Assembly: GCA_951406725.2 (NCBI GenBank)
Contig: OX597815.1
Span: 111,600,001-111,664,000, forward strand
Reading direction: 5' to 3'
DNA: 64,000 nucleotides
DNA from: Octopus vulgaris
Taxonomy: Eukaryota
Position numbers and translations under genes: made by a program. This document shows, one piece after another, positions 13,345 through 29,934 of the stretch. Below the pieces are notes generated by a model, which was given only the letters and a program-made list of their open reading frames with translations, did no database searches and was not told the DNA's origin. Position 1 is the stretch's first letter. Every line of letters starts with the position of its first letter.

Positions 13345-14032
13345 TATTATATATATATAATTCTACCAGTCTTCCGTGGGACTTTACTCTATATATTTCT
13401 AAGCAATTATTTTTAATCACCAGAGCCCAGGAGTGTTTATTTTTCCATTCATTCTTTCATACTTTTATTTTTCTAGTTCAGACAATTACTTGGAAATTTG
13501 ATATATATCTCAGATATATTAATAAAACAATACTATAGGCATAACCGTAACTACCATTCATCACCCATTTGTTAAATAAGGCCACGTAGACAATACATCC
13601 CTTGAATATTTTTCTGTTTGTTTTTATTTGATTTATATTTTATTGATAGATTTAACAGACCTGAACCACGCCATTGCTTTTAAATATTAGCGTACCAAAT
13701 ATTGTCCATCCACTGTCCAATGTTTTGCCAAACTTTGTACAATCCCTGTATAAATATTAATATTGCTACCATTATTATTATTACTATTATTACTATTATT
13801 GATATGGAAAATTTAGAAAATTCGGCAATCCCATGGTAGAACCAGCAGTAAGAGTTTAGTATTTTTCATTTATTTTTTACCTACTTATTTACTTCTTTAT
13901 TTGTGTATTTTATTTGTTTATTTTGGTTACTTATACATATGACTGTAATTCATTAATAAATAGACCCAAATGAATGCTTACAGGCTGATGATTGTCGATT
14001 GATTATCCTTTCCTTTTTCTTATTTGCCTGAT

Positions 14033-14083
<51 letters not shown>

Positions 14084-14084
14084 A

Positions 14085-14425
14085 TATGAATAATATCTAA
14101 ATATATGCATATATACATACATATATGTACATACCTACATATATATGTATATATACACATGCATATATGGGTACAGGACATCAAAAAAACGTTGAATACA
14201 ATAAGAAATGAAAACATAAAAACAAAAACATAGTAACGAACTTCTATTCGAACAACGAAAAAAACCCAGAGAAACGAGACATACAACATAAAGAATATTC
14301 CCCTTCTTCAGTTATCCCTGTTTCATCTACTCCACGTTCAAAGGTAAGGACAAGACGCGACTTCGTTGAAACAGCCCTTCCCGCAAAGCAAATTAAATAA
14401 AATTTGGAATTTTTTGCGGAGGGTA
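14085..14425. repeat. Dispersed repeat family B (also ~18630-18900, ~32780-33060, ~33480-33630, ~34720-34800)
   Basis: Shared catatatgggtacaggacatcaaaa...ccccttcttcagtt...catctactcc...gcaaagcaaattaaata blocks; class unknown. Confidence 0.7.
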
Positions 14426-14538
14426 TATACATGCGATTACACACACACTCACTCACACACATTCATGCACACACGTACGTCCACACGCATGCACACACAC
14501 ACACAAATTCGCACACGCACGCGAAATCACACACACAC

Positions 14539-14592
<54 letters not shown>

Positions 14593-15076
14593 ATTCTTAC
14601 TACAACTAGTAACTAACCTACAATTCTGTCTGCGTTAAAAAATATATCTTTATCCGCTATCTTTAATTGTGCATCAGAAACTGTTTGCTAATCCTAATTC
14701 CTAAGCAAATATTAATCAGTAGCTTATATGTTGCTTTAGTGTAGGCCAAATTGTAGAGAAGTCGATTTACATCCCAAATTTGTACATTTGTGCATGCATT
14801 GGCAAAACTTCATAATTATATAATTAAAGAAATGGCGCTTACTCCGGTGGGATGCACAGAAATAATAGATTGTTTTTACAATATGAATATTTTATTCTTA
14901 CCCAACTAGACAATGAAACTATGGGTCTTCTAATCTGTCGCCAGTAATATCTAATGATATAATTACATGTAACGCTTATTGGACGCCATCATATAAGGGT
15001 TTTTCAAAATCCAGACCAAAGACATGAACAGAGACAGGCAGAGCGCACCATCAAGAAATACAGAGAGAAACAGAAG

Positions 15077-15132
<56 letters not shown>

Positions 15133-15214
15133 GCAGAGACAGAGAGAAGTGCAGTAACTTATATTTATCCGTAGTATACAGCGTATCTGAAGAAATAATT
15201 GGTCTGCTTCATCA

Positions 15215-15620
15215 ATGGTAGGATGCTTGCTTCACAACCAAGCGATTCTGGTTCAGTTCCACTGCCGACCAAAGCCTTCTCAGAGGATTTGGGCTACGGG
15301 AACTAAATACATAGACACACATACACATGCACACACGCACATACACACACACATGCACACAAACACATGCACATGTGTGTGTTTGCGTATGTGTTTGTGT
15401 GTGTGTGTGTGTGTGCGTGCGTGCATGCGCATGTGTCTGTGTGTCTTGGGTCTGTATTTGTTCCCATCACCGCTTGAAAACAGATGTTCGTGTGTTTACG
15501 CTCCGCAACTTAGCGTTTCAGTAAAAGAGGGTGATCGAATCAGTACTGGTGTCAAATGAAATCCTTTGAGGCTTGCCCCAGTATAGTTGCAGTCGGATGA
15601 CTGAATGAAGTAAACATGAA
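15215..15620 (+). mobile_element. SINE family C, degenerate copy
   Basis: Head (tggtaggatgcttgcttc...ggttcagttccactgc...ccgaccaaagcctt), central (CA)/(TG) tract and tail homologous to 35031-35480. Confidence 0.7.
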
Positions 15621-16289
15621 AACTATAATCTATTGCCCTTAAGGTAGACACGCGTCCAAAAATTCGGAAGAATACATTAGTCAACGGATAATTTATCTCA
15701 TGGACCTCAGAGAAATTTGAACGTTAGAATCTACACTAAACATTTTAAGAGATATTGCCAAACACGTTATGAAATCTTCCGTTCTATCTCACCTAACTAA
15801 TTAATAAAATCAGTAGACGTCATTTAGATGAGTATAAATAAAAGGCAAAGTTATGCGAACGTACTTTGAACAAAGGCACATATTAGCACTCGGCATGTAT
15901 TACATTTCTACGTATTCTTTCATCTTGTGGCGCTTCTTTTAATTATATGATGAATTCATGTTTATAACAGCTGCATCGTTATATAAAATTGGCAAAGCAA
16001 TTTAATTCCATCATATTTATGAAATACTAATCATCGTTGTCGCCATCATGTTAGTTATCGCTCTATTATACAGTGGTTACAAGTGATGAGAATATTAAGA
16101 TCAATCTCGTTTGTTGCCAAAAGTTTACAAAAGAAAAGTTGTGGCTTAACCGCAATGTGGAGCCCTACATACGACAAACATTTCTTCACACAACACCAAA
16201 CACACACACACATGCGTATACACATATATGCATCTACACAAACGCAAACACAAAAGTACATGCAGACATAAATATATGTATACAAATAC

Positions 16290-16334
<45 letters not shown>

Positions 16335-16337
<3 letters not shown>

Positions 16338-16545
16338 AAAGTTTACGAAAAAAACAAAAGACGAAGACAGGTGGTGTACAAAACAAACAGATGTATTGGT
16401 ATAGCGCTCAGGAATAGAAAAAGTCTTTTACGTTTCGAGCCTAGGCTCTTCTACAGAAAGGTACACAGAAAAAACAAGGTGAGAAAAACGGAGAGAAAAA
16501 AATGTGTGTAGTGGCTAACGATCTAACATGGCGTCTGACTCGGAC
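16335..16545 (-). mobile_element. Family H1 copy 2; HHR at 16424-16460
   Basis: Minus strand: cttt CTGTAGA a gagc-ctag-gctc GAAA cg TA aaag. Confidence 0.8.
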
Positions 16546-16739
16546 ATACGTATATATGTATGTATTATGTATACACATGTGTATGTTTATATATATATAA
16601 ACATATAAATATGTGTGTGTGTGTGTAATTGAATATTAAAGAAGAGATGGATGTGTCGATTCACTGCAGCTGTTTCCAACGAATTTTTAATCGATTAAAG
16701 ACATTACGTCATTAGAAAAAATAAACATTGTCATGAGGT

Positions 16740-17675
16740 GAATACATGGAACATATCATTTGAAAATATTCAAAATTCACTGGGATATGCATCTTCATCA
16801 TTCTATGATCATTGCTGGTCATTCTTTGACTACAGGGATACATTTTATCGGCAATTTCCATAGCCTTTGTAGGTCAATGTCTAGGTCCTGGTACTTTGCT
16901 TAATTTTTCTATACCTCCCATATTGACTTTATCATCATTTGGAACTGTAAAGTCAATTATATGACACATTTATTTTCTTTGAAATAAATCTGATACTGGG
17001 CCATTCGAATTAGATATGTTTTCAAACACTTTCCGCATTAATGCACTAGTTAGTGAGAAGCAGCTAGATCTGAGAATAATTACTTCTTCCCCCACTTTCT
17101 TTAAAAATGCTCTATCTCCATTATGATTCACTAGTGTATCCTAAATGTATGATATTATCATTGGTGTTGTTGTTGTTGTTAATATATAAAATATTGAGAT
17201 AATTCCTCCAGAAGATATAGAGTAAAAATTAAAAGAAGAGTGCCATTGTCATCTAGTGAACGATATTTCGACATCTTTTGTGTCTTCAACAGTTTCAAAA
17301 AGTACTTTTGTCAATCTACTTCACTTTGATTAATATATAAAGGATTGAGATAACTCCTCCAGAAGATACAGAGTCCTTCTGTTAGTACCTTTTAATGTTG
17401 GCAATATTTTTCTTACTTCTTTACTCATTGTTTCCTGTAGCTCATCTAAATTTTTCTAATCTTCCTTACTTAAATCGATGGTGCCAGTTACCCCTTCCTC
17501 AACGGCAATGTTCTTATTGTTTCCTTTAGGCACTCCTGTGGTTTGAAATGTATCGTTTATGTTGTTGTCTGTCTTACTTACTGCCTAGGTCTTTCTTCTC
17601 CAGTTCTCTTGTGATCTCTTCCACCACCAATTCTCTCATCAACTTGCTTCTAATAGCATTAGCTTGATCTACACA
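16740..17675 (-). pseudogene. Old, internally deleted R4/Dong relic
   Basis: Minus strand has an N-terminal-like VDQANAIRSKLMRELVVEEI near 17600-17670 and a REL-like IDFTVPNDDKVN..GIEKLSK near 16900-16960. Confidence 0.55.
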
Positions 17676-17683
17676 CACACACA

Positions 17684-17753
<70 letters not shown>

Positions 17754-18585
17754 AAGAAAAGTGTGTAGTTGTGTAAAGCCATATATATATACACTACATA
17801 TGTAGGAAATTCTGTCTGTGGGCGTGTTTATGGAATTGTTAGCTAATTCCACGTACATCGTTTTATCGATTTTGATGAAACTTGACACATGAGTAGAATC
17901 CATGTCTGGAAACCACATGGCTACTCAGATTGTTGAAAAAGTCGATAATAGGGCACCTGGAAGTGATCCGTATATATAGCCCAGGAAAGTAACCCATTCA
18001 TTTTCCTAAATTTTTTGGTAAAAATGAAATTGAATATCCTTATTTCTTAGTATTTAAACTGTGAGAGTTATTTTCTCAAGTTATCCAGTACAACCCATAC
18101 AAAAGTAAATAGTATATTCGTAAACAATAGATCGACTTATTTCGGTTAGTGACTTATTCACGAATATATCAACCCTAGCTCCCCGTGAAGGTAATAATCT
18201 CTGGGAACGCACAAAAGCCCTTTTCAGAGTTATTTACTCTGAATTGTTATTATCGCTTATCTGATCAGCCTGTTATTATGTAACATGGTTCACGGTTTCA
18301 GTATACATACCTTATTAGTATTTCCTCATATGATCTATATACTCTAGAAACGCATTAAAGCCCTTTTTGGGTCTACTTTATTTGAATTCTTACTATCAGG
18401 TAACTAATTTCATGTTATTACATAACTGTCTTAACAATTTGGGCATTCATAACTTATTGGAAATTCTTAAAAACAAGATCCCGTGCAACACAGTTTGGTA
18501 TTCACTGTAAATGCACAAAAGCAGTTTTAGGGGCTACATGGTTTGTATTGTTGTTATTGGATTAGCGAAACAATTATGACAACGA

Positions 18586-18633
<48 letters not shown>

Positions 18634-19056
18634 TATATGGGTAGAGGTTGTCACAAAACGTGAACAATATGAAATACGAAAACAAAGTTGTGTATGCAAA
18701 CAACGAGAGAAACAAGTGGAAAACAGAACAAGTAAAATAAAGAACGATCCTTAGTTAAGTGTCGGTTGTCTTATCTACTCCTCATTTCTAGCATTGAACG
18801 ACAATATGAGTCTTCGAAAGCAGTTTCTCACACATAAGCCAAAATAAAATTTGGAATTTATGGACGGTCAATATTGGTAACAAAATCAGGGCAGTGGAGA
18901 CATACAAGGAAACCGAATGAAAACAAACATGGAGAGTCGTTAGACCAGCCGAAGGTAAAACAGCAAACGCTGGAGTGGAATTACGTGAAGGCTAAAACAA
19001 TGCGGAGCGCGCTATTGCCACTGATCGATCCTATGTTCAATGATATATATATATAA

Positions 19057-19632
19057 GAGAGAATATTTTATCACACTGTGGAAACTCTTACGCTAGAAGA
19101 AGATCCGCTATGGTCTTCATAACTAAGAATTGTTCTCCAGAAAACTTAGCACACCAGGAACGTAAGCATGCAAAACAAATGAAAAGTAACGAAAATATAG
19201 ATTAATCATAAACAATTGTTTCACTATCAACAAATTACGTAATTCTACTTACATAATTTATCTGTAGATGTCAGTATGATCGTATATGCAAAATATAATT
19301 TGCAGAACTTCACGCCAGATATCAACACGAAGTCGAAAATGCATGCAGTTCTACTTATTACATTTGTAGTTATTTTCAAAAGTCTTCGTTTAGGCGCGCT
19401 AAATTAGCGGAAATGAATGCAGTATAAATATGTCACTGCAGTAGTTTTCGCCGGTTTGAGAAATTATTAATTTAAAACAATTATGATTAATCTATATTTT
19501 CGTTACTTTTCATTTGTTTTCCATGCTTACGTTCCTGGTGTGTTAAATTTTCTGGAGAACAATTCTTAGTGGTTAAGACCATAGCGGATCTTCTAGCGTA
19601 AAGGTTTCCACATAATGGTAAAAAATTGCCTC
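19057..19632. mobile_element. MITE-like element with ~150-bp terminal inverted repeats, in TA context
   Basis: ~19057-19210 is the reverse complement of ~19482-19632 (e.g. ctaagaattgttctccagaaaa / ttttctggagaacaattcttag); non-coding interior. Confidence 0.8.
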
Positions 19633-19747
19633 ATATATATGTATGAAATACTATTTACTTAATCTCAGTTTTTTATATGCTAGACCACTGATGTTAAAAT
19701 TGATGTTATCAAATTAAAATCCAATTTTTTCACCCTCATTTTGATAA

Positions 19748-21400
<1,653 letters not shown>

Positions 21401-22939
21401 ATATGTGTGCATCCTTGTATTGATATATTGTTTTCTATGATAATGTAAAAGTCTATTAGAGGAGATGCTTTTATTTCTTCGTGGATACGTGCATTTATAT
21501 GTGTGGTGGTTCAGGGTAATGAGATGTATCGAACTTTATGTCTATGCTGAAATGATGAGATATTTTGAAAAACTACCCGTGATCTTGTTCTCTGTTTTAT
21601 AATCTCTCTTCCTATTTTCATACATTCATAAATATTGTTTTGTCTATTTTTTCCTGGTTATTTAGTTCCGTTATTGATGCATAGACCTGTTATACTCTAC
21701 AGAAATTTATTGCTAGTAATGACATTTATGATAAAACATGAAAGGTTAAAACAAAATAATCCTTCTTCTAGAATACTGTGTCTTTGTGCTGTTATAAATT
21801 ATAAAAGGCCTTGATGTAACCCGAGAGAAATACCAAGTTATAGATTTGACATATCTTGCTGTTGATGTTCTTTATACCCAGACAGCGCTGTTTGAATATC
21901 TGTATGATGATAAAATCATGAAATCCTAATATTAAGACTACAATATCCAATGTGCTTTTCCTGCTTAAAATATTATATTGTATCTCGCATTGTATTAGAC
22001 TGTTATTTGTAGTGATTCAAAATTCAGCAGAGAAGTTGTAGGGACAAATGTAAATGATAAAGAAAGCAGTATCCGAGGATTCTGATTAAGGAATGCTACA
22101 ATGAGTTGTATGTTGGAATTACATGGTTTTACTAGTCATTACATATAAAACCATATTGACTAGCACGTTTGATTGTCATAAACACGGGCTTATTATTCTG
22201 AACATAATTTCAAAAAAAAATGTCACTCTAATTTTACTTTAGTTAAGCGGAATAAGCTGCTCGAACATGGGGTAACTTTGCTTGTTACACATTCTGACAG
22301 GAAGAATATATCAATCAATATTGTTATTGGTATCATGATCATTGTTTAAGAACTTATGTTACTTGAGGGAGAGGATTTGATGCAGTTTGGGTAAGATTCC
22401 TTACTGAAGAGACAACCAAAGAAAATGCCACAATAACCCTCAAACGTAGGGAATTATAGCCGATTCCTACATACCTCTGTGGAAGATTTTCAAAATAAAA
22501 GGTAGCGAAAAGCAGCTGCGTCTAAAATCAAATCAACAACATCACTAAATATAACAGCAGGAAAAATCCATTGAACAGCATCAGCTAGAAGCACCAATAA
22601 CTATAATAACACCTACAACATCGAAACTGAGAGGCGCTTAACCCACACCATTCGACCAAACCACCGGCTTAAACATGTGCAATTCTTTCGACTCTCCTCT
22701 GACAAACATGGTGTCCTTCTGACTATTTATAGGTGTTTCCAAAGGCATTTCATTGTAGAGCCTTTTATTTATATTACCTTGGAAATATTTTGCTTTCAAT
22801 CTGTTGAAAGTTGCATTATAAATGTACACCGATTGGGGTCACCTTGAAAACTCAATTTTGTCAGGTCATTAGGTTTAGATGTAATGAAACCAGAGTCTCT
22901 GACCGACGGATTTTCATGCCCTTTTGACGCTCCTCTCTG

Positions 22940-24420
22940 ACATTTTTATTATTTCCATGTCGATCGCGAATGGGAGGTGGAACCGCGGTGTTGTTCCGAA
23001 AAGATCTGAATTTCAAGGTAAAGGCCATGCATCTGGATACAAGGTAAGTTAGTGGTCCTGGATGTGAGCAGTTGCAATGTAGGTGCTTTCAGACTAGTGG
23101 CTGTTTATGCTCCGAGGGATAGGACAGCTAGATTTTTTCAAACGTTGGGATGTTTTCCTGGGAACATTTCGAGATTCATAGCTAATGGGTGATTGGAATG
23201 CCATATTTGGCACAGGATTAGCTTGTGTGAGACAAGCGTTCCAAACTTACAGAGACCAGATAAGCAGATCACGTAAGAGAACTTCGTCGGGATCAACAAA
23301 TGATGGTTTGCCATGAAAAGGGGAATGAGAGAAGAATCGATTAGGTTTGGTAGGCATTAGTGATAGAAAGAACCATAATAGACGTAAACTAAGAAACTTA
23401 GAGGATACGCTTGGGAAAGTCATCGTAGCCGACGTGCTGGCGGTACGATTGATCCTGAACCATTTCTTCAAATCTCAGGACGAAGGGTGCATTGCCAGTG
23501 CTAAGACGCGTGCTATAAGAAGCAAGCGAACGAAAGCTTCTCGATGGGTTCGAGTGGTAGAAGCATAACGTGACAAGAAAGATATAATTCAGTCTTTGGT
23601 AGAGTAAAATGAGTGCACGGTATTTGAACCCAAGTAAATATGTGCAAAATTCCAACAGTACTTTGCTCCAATGTTAAGGATGAATGGCAGTCAGGAATGT
23701 GGGATGGACTTCAGTGTCTACCACGACGGTATGCCACGACGCTCTGCAAGGAGGTGAGTGTGGAGGAACGTTGTGAAATGCCAATAACTGCAGCGGAAAT
23801 ACGAGACGTGATGTGCTGCATATGGTGGTGGGGGGGAGGGGTTGTGGTGAGGGTGGGGTGGGGGTGGGGGTGGAGGCATAAATGTCCTGGTTTGGATGGT
23901 CTGCCCTACGAGCTTTACTTTTATAAGCTAGACTTGCTTATTGGCTTCGTAGCAGATATCTACCGGAGCTGGAAGCAGAACAGGTGAATTCCTTGTTATG
24001 TGAGTCGAGGAGTGGTAGGACTTCGTTGAAAGGATCGAAAGAAGGAGGATCAAATTAAAAAAATATTATGCCCATAAAGCTGTTGAATGCAAATTTCAAA
24101 ATTTTGGCCAAGCTGTTAGCAAAGAAGTTGACGCTTGTCGAGGAACTGATCGGAGACGCGCATCCTAAAAAGATCCACTCAAGACAACTTCCACCTCATG
24201 CGATACAGGTTGGGTAAAGAGCTGTCATTAATGAATTTGAATCAATTTAAAGCCTCCGATAGAGACGACCACTAACACCTTGCAGCCGTTCTCACGGTGG
24301 CCGGTTTCTGTCCTGTTAACCGTATCTGGATCGTTGAAATGTACAATGATTTCTGCACGGCAGTTCGAGTGAATGGTTTCCTTTCGGACCCATTCAGTAT
24401 CATGCACTCGATCCACAAGA
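22940..24420 (+). pseudogene. Degenerate Tx1-like ORF2 relic (APE + RT)
   Basis: Fragments GKLVVLDV..FRLVAVYAP, GDWNAI, KCPGLDGLPYELY and KILAKLLAKKL are colinear with ORF 47633..49588. Confidence 0.82.
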
Positions 24421-24539
24421 TCTGTCTTCTCTCGTCTTATATCCTTCCATCTCAACATCCTTAATTCTCTCTTGCCGTTGGATAGTCCTGCACCATTAGA
24501 TGTCACTGCTCTGTGTTTTTTATGATAAGCATATCACAC

Positions 24540-25010
24540 ATTTTAATTCCAAATTCCATCTAGATATCCTTACAGAATATCTGCAATGTTGAGACTAGCC
24601 CATTATTTGACGCTCACTTTTACGGAAGATGTTTAAGTTAGTCATGTACAACATGTGATTCCACTTTTATTCACTTTCAAAGGTTTACTCCGTGGTTGCC
24701 ATAATATATGCACGATGAGTATCACAAGCAGCAATGGTGACAGACTGTCTCTCTCAAATATATCTCTCTTGATGTTAACCATCTTCATAAATTCCCCGCG
24801 TGATTTAAAATCTGCATTCCAGTCCTCTATTGATCTGATAAAATTCAAAATGTTGTCAGACACCTCTACCAACTCAAGACTTTCTAAGATCTAGGAATGG
24901 GGAAATCTATGACATAATCTTTCTTCTAAACCATCAAAGCCATACCCATATTACTATATCATCTTTTGCATGCATTCAGCATAAGTCTATGTATCAGAAG
25001 TTGATTATTA
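24540..25010 (-). pseudogene. R4/Dong-type RT fragment
   Basis: ORF 24642..24872 VNIKRDIFERDSLSPLL resembles RRIFQGDTLSPLL of the 40.6 kb copy. Confidence 0.7.
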
Positions 25011-26910
25011 TCATCAATTTCGTTGTTGCTCTTGTTGATGATGTTGCTGTTGTTGTAGTTGTTGTTGTCACCAGTCATCATTATCATCATCATCATTCGT
25101 TCCTTAAGGACGTGAATATTCTCTTTATTTCAAATTTCCCAATGTAACTTCTCTATTTAGAGTACTAGGAAGTTACGATTTTAATGATCTGTTAATGCTC
25201 GAGCCATGTTTTCTGAAGGTTGACATAAACCGGTTCGTGTTTCATGTATTTTTCTATTTGCTTTCACGATGTAATAACATCTCATATCTAAATGTTCGCT
25301 AGATACATCTGCCATAAAAAAATATTTATATTTTACAACTGCCAAAATGACGTAAAATATCAAATTCATCACGTGTTATTTAGATGCATTTGCTATAAAA
25401 AGAAGGAAATATTAATTAGATCAATGTTTAATAACAGATATTATTTAAAACAGTGTAACAATCATGTTGAAAGATAACTATAACAACACCTGCATGCAGG
25501 CAAACACTTTAGAGTATGCATATATTAGTAGTGCTAAAAGAGAAAATTTGCTTCAGGCATCACTCTGATAAAACTAATAGATTTAACAAAGTTTCCAGGA
25601 AATATAATCAAGTGAGAGAACTGCACATAAACAGTTTCTTTGTTTCTGAATATAATTCAAAAGCGAGCAAAAAGAAAAATATCATATCTGTAAGTTGGGA
25701 AGAATGGTAACTGGTACCCAATTACTGTAAAAATAGCAATTACAGGAAACACATAATCATGAGTTATACTTTTGCTTGGGATATTGTAAATCCGATTGCA
25801 TTGTCTTTTGTACTTAAAAGACTGAAGACTCAGTCACAGTATAGACTGAAATAGTCATACCTTCCCCTGTACTCATGTATCTCCTAAGTACTATGTATGG
25901 TGAGCTGACCATCAGTAATCAGTGACATTGATAGCGATGCGGGTCTATGGTTATTGGTCAATTTGTCACCGAGGTCTAGTTAAATTACTAAAGCAGAGAT
26001 GGTACGCAAGGGCATGCGGTTAGAAAGGACTCAAAATAAATTTTGTAAACGTTAATGTCCACTTCATCAAATACTGAATTCCATACCGGTACTGGACCCC
26101 TTTCAGGGCCCTGCACAAAACAATGTGCTAGAGGCTGCTATTCCTAAAAGTTTACTTGTAACACATGTCACAATAATGACATTTTGTTGGTATTTTGCCG
26201 AACAAAAACTGAACAGATTTGGGAGGCGAAAGAGAGTGTGAAGCAATGGATTACTACAGCGTCTTACTGCCATTCTCAGAATACTATCATCCCCGCATCT
26301 CTAAAACAACTGAACAGACACCCTGTCTTTGTACTGTAGCTGTCAGGGAGCGATTTATCTTCGTTTGAAGTGTGTGTGAGAGCGCTAAATAAGATTTCTT
26401 CTGTAAATTTCATCTGAAATAATTCAGAGTGTACCGCTGACAAAAACAAATGCTAACAATGAGTAAACCTCACTAAGAAATATTGAGAAGAGATGAGACA
26501 ATCTCTCTTTAGGATAAGATAAATCGCGCAGTATAGTAACCCACAGGAACTAGAAAATACGGTAACGTGAGGGATCCGACTCTGAACGTTTATGATGCAA
26601 CTCCAAGGAAATTCAGTGAAACTACTCCAGATAACTTCAGTGATACTCACCTCATTACTATGATCATATAACAGAATTGAAAGAAACTGAAATGGACTTC
26701 GAAGACTTCCAGAAGAGTAAACAACACGCACGAGTTAACTTGTTATTTATCCCGCTGGCGATGTCTGACTAAAGAAATTAGCAAACAATTGGGAAGTTGG
26801 AAACAAAAAAATATTTCAGGGAGAATGTTAATAATATCGATGTTTCAAGAAATATAACCTAGAGAGGATAATTGGTTCTTAACACACACACATATATATA
26901 TGTATGTAGA

Positions 26911-27003
<93 letters not shown>

Positions 27004-27059
27004 GTGTGTGTATCTTATGTATGTATGTGTGTATATTATGTATGTATGTATATTATTAA

Positions 27060-27141
<82 letters not shown>

Positions 27142-27337
27142 ACTTTTACATGCAGTATAGATGAAAAACGTACAGATAATTTAGTTGTTTGTGAAGTCAT
27201 AAGAATAACTTCAAACAGATATTACTTTCCTTGAATTGTGCGCAGTACCTATCATCGCTGATTTTTGTATGACACGAATTTTGTCATTTCCAAATAATTT
27301 AAGAAGACTTCAACGTCTATTGGGAACTTCCATTTCA

Positions 27338-29100
27338 TTAGAGATCAAACATCATATTCGAATCAACGACTTTATATAATACCTCGCTTCCATATATATT
27401 TATCGTATAATGAATACATATATAAAAACCACAGAAAGTAAAATTATATATGGAAATAAAAATACAAATACATAGAACGGCTTATGAAGAAGGTATACAC
27501 AATTGACTAAAATTTATAAAGCGTGTCATGCGACTAAAAATCTAGATAAAATATAAATCGACAACTTGTTTTCTTTTTTACTCCCCTCAATTAAAAATAT
27601 GACAAAAAGGTTCATTTCATAAACACAATGGTAGGTTGGATTCCAGGAGTGCAAAGAGTTCCACAAAATCTATGTCCATTTCGGGAGTTCGCTACCGCCT
27701 TTCGAATACGAGTTAAGGTAAATCTCCGCAATCACCCCCTCATCAGAATGAACAGTATTCTCAACAATTAGTCGTTCACTGGAGTTACAAAACGGGTGCA
27801 TACCTATTTTAAAGATAATCTATCGTAGGACCAGTCCAAATTATCTACCACACACACACACACACACACATACACACAAATATATTTTATTTCAATTTTT
27901 AAACATGTAGGTAGCTGCTAATCATAGGAATTTTTACTATCCTGTTTCAAAACCCAGTAAAACTAAATGCTATTTACCACACCTAGCTTTACTTGTATAT
28001 ACTTTCTGAAAAGTAGAAAAAAGCTTATGGTTGCAAAAAGGGATCACCTCTGTAAATTTATTGAATGTTTTAGGTCCAAAGGACCTAAGATTGCCAAGGG
28101 ACTTCCTTATACATAACTTACACTTGTTAATATTAACTCTAAAATAAAAGGCCTTCGAGATAACAGACCATTCAACAGCGTAACTTTTTAAAATTCCTTA
28201 TTAAACTATGAATATAAAAGGCATGGTGTAGTGGCGTTACAATATTTTTCGTTCACAAACGAATTCATGTGAGCCCAATATCTCGTCATACATTTGACAG
28301 TACTACCTATGTAAAACCTATCCAAATTACCCTTCTCTTTAACAAGTCACTTATATGTAGCATTCTTAGTCAGAGTGAATCCGTGAAGAGGACATAACCT
28401 AAGGTTTCTACAATTACACGATTTACCAAAACCACCCATATTGCTATTACTAATACTAACATTACTTATCTGGCTTCCAGCTTTCCAACAGAGGAATAGT
28501 TCCAGTGCACTTGCCCATTTAATTTGCTTCTATTAATAGATGCAATAATGAAGGCCGAATTCGGCATTACCGAGTAAAAAAAATTGATGGAGGACTTAAT
28601 GCAGATGCTGTAGCATATATGATTCTTTGTGAAATTCTCCTTCAGAGTCTTAAAAAACAACTTGGGAAAATTTCTTTCTCTTAGAGAAAATGGGAGTGCA
28701 AACCATATGACTTCCGTTTTCTAGAACGAGCGATTGGTTTTACTCATCTCTTCACTGCCATTATTTCGCTTCCAGTATATATTTTTAACATCTTTATATA
28801 CGTATGTAACAGATGGCTTACATAAATAAATAAAAATATTTTTAGTCGATTGATATTTTATTAATTAGATTTTTAGTCGCATGACACGCTTTAGAATTTT
28901 TAGTCGATTGTATATTCTTTCTTCATACGTTGTTCTATATAATTGTATTTTTATTTGCATATATATTTTTACCTTCTGTGTTTTTATATATGTGTCCTTT
29001 ATATGTTAAAGGCGATGGTAATATTTATATATTTGATCAAATGTATGGAGGCGTTGTGTTATATAAAGTTGTTGACTTGAATTTGATGTTTGTTCTCTAA
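27338..29100. repeat. Diverged long inverted repeat (arms ~27338-27561 and ~28845-29100) enclosing an HHR-like motif
   Basis: e.g. taaagcgtgtcatgcgactaaaaatcta / tagatttttagtcgcatgacacgcttta. Confidence 0.75.
27668..27749 (-). ncRNA. Hammerhead-like motif with long loop II
   Basis: Minus strand: att CTGATGA gggggt-(45 nt)-actccc GAAA tggaca TA gat; stem I is weak. Confidence 0.5.
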
Positions 29101-29629
29101 TCAACGTTTTTTATAAGTCTCAATCTCATTTGAGCACTTCATTTTTGCAGTTTTATAAACGTTTTTGTCTCCATAAAAGGAGGCAAAAATTATTTCTTGT
29201 TGTATATATATATATCCTCCTATCTTAGTAACCGATGTACTGTTTTCCTCACAAATATAGTGAAATGTTTTCAACTTTTTCATATTTGAAAAAATGCTTA
29301 AATTGTGAAAGGTTCACGTAAAGAACACTTTTACTATTATATATTATTCAAATCTGAAACATACGTATTAAATAATTTCAAACGTCATTACTACAACTAC
29401 ATATAAAGCAGAAGAATCTTTAGCAAACCAGGCAAAATGCTTACCAGGTTTTCGACCGACTTTACTTCTGAATTCTAATGTTGAGTTTGCCTTTCATCCT
29501 TTCCAATTATCTATATTGTAGAGACAAAGCCCCAAATCCCAAGCTTTGTCTCTAAAATAGAAATACATAGATATAAAAGTCTGTCTGTATGTGTATGACT
29601 GTATGTGTAAGTATGTATATAGGTTGATA

Positions 29630-29840
<211 letters not shown>

Positions 29841-29934
29841 TGGGTGCAAGAATCTATTTTATTTTAGAACACATTCTGACGCATCTAACTGATTTGATGA
29901 AGCAATTATATCAATAAGTTTTCTAAAAATTCTT

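Noticed and set aside
14296-14320. CUGAAGA plus hairpin on the minus strand of repeat family B (also near 32920)
   Set aside because: No GAAA or helix III at a compatible distance could be found.
16665-16720. Minus-strand ctaatga...gaaacagctgca
   Set aside because: Two core substitutions and no convincing stems.
25740-26860. Complex non-repetitive stretch that could hide host exons
   Set aside because: No ORF with recognisable motifs or convincing splice-bounded frame; needs RNA-seq.
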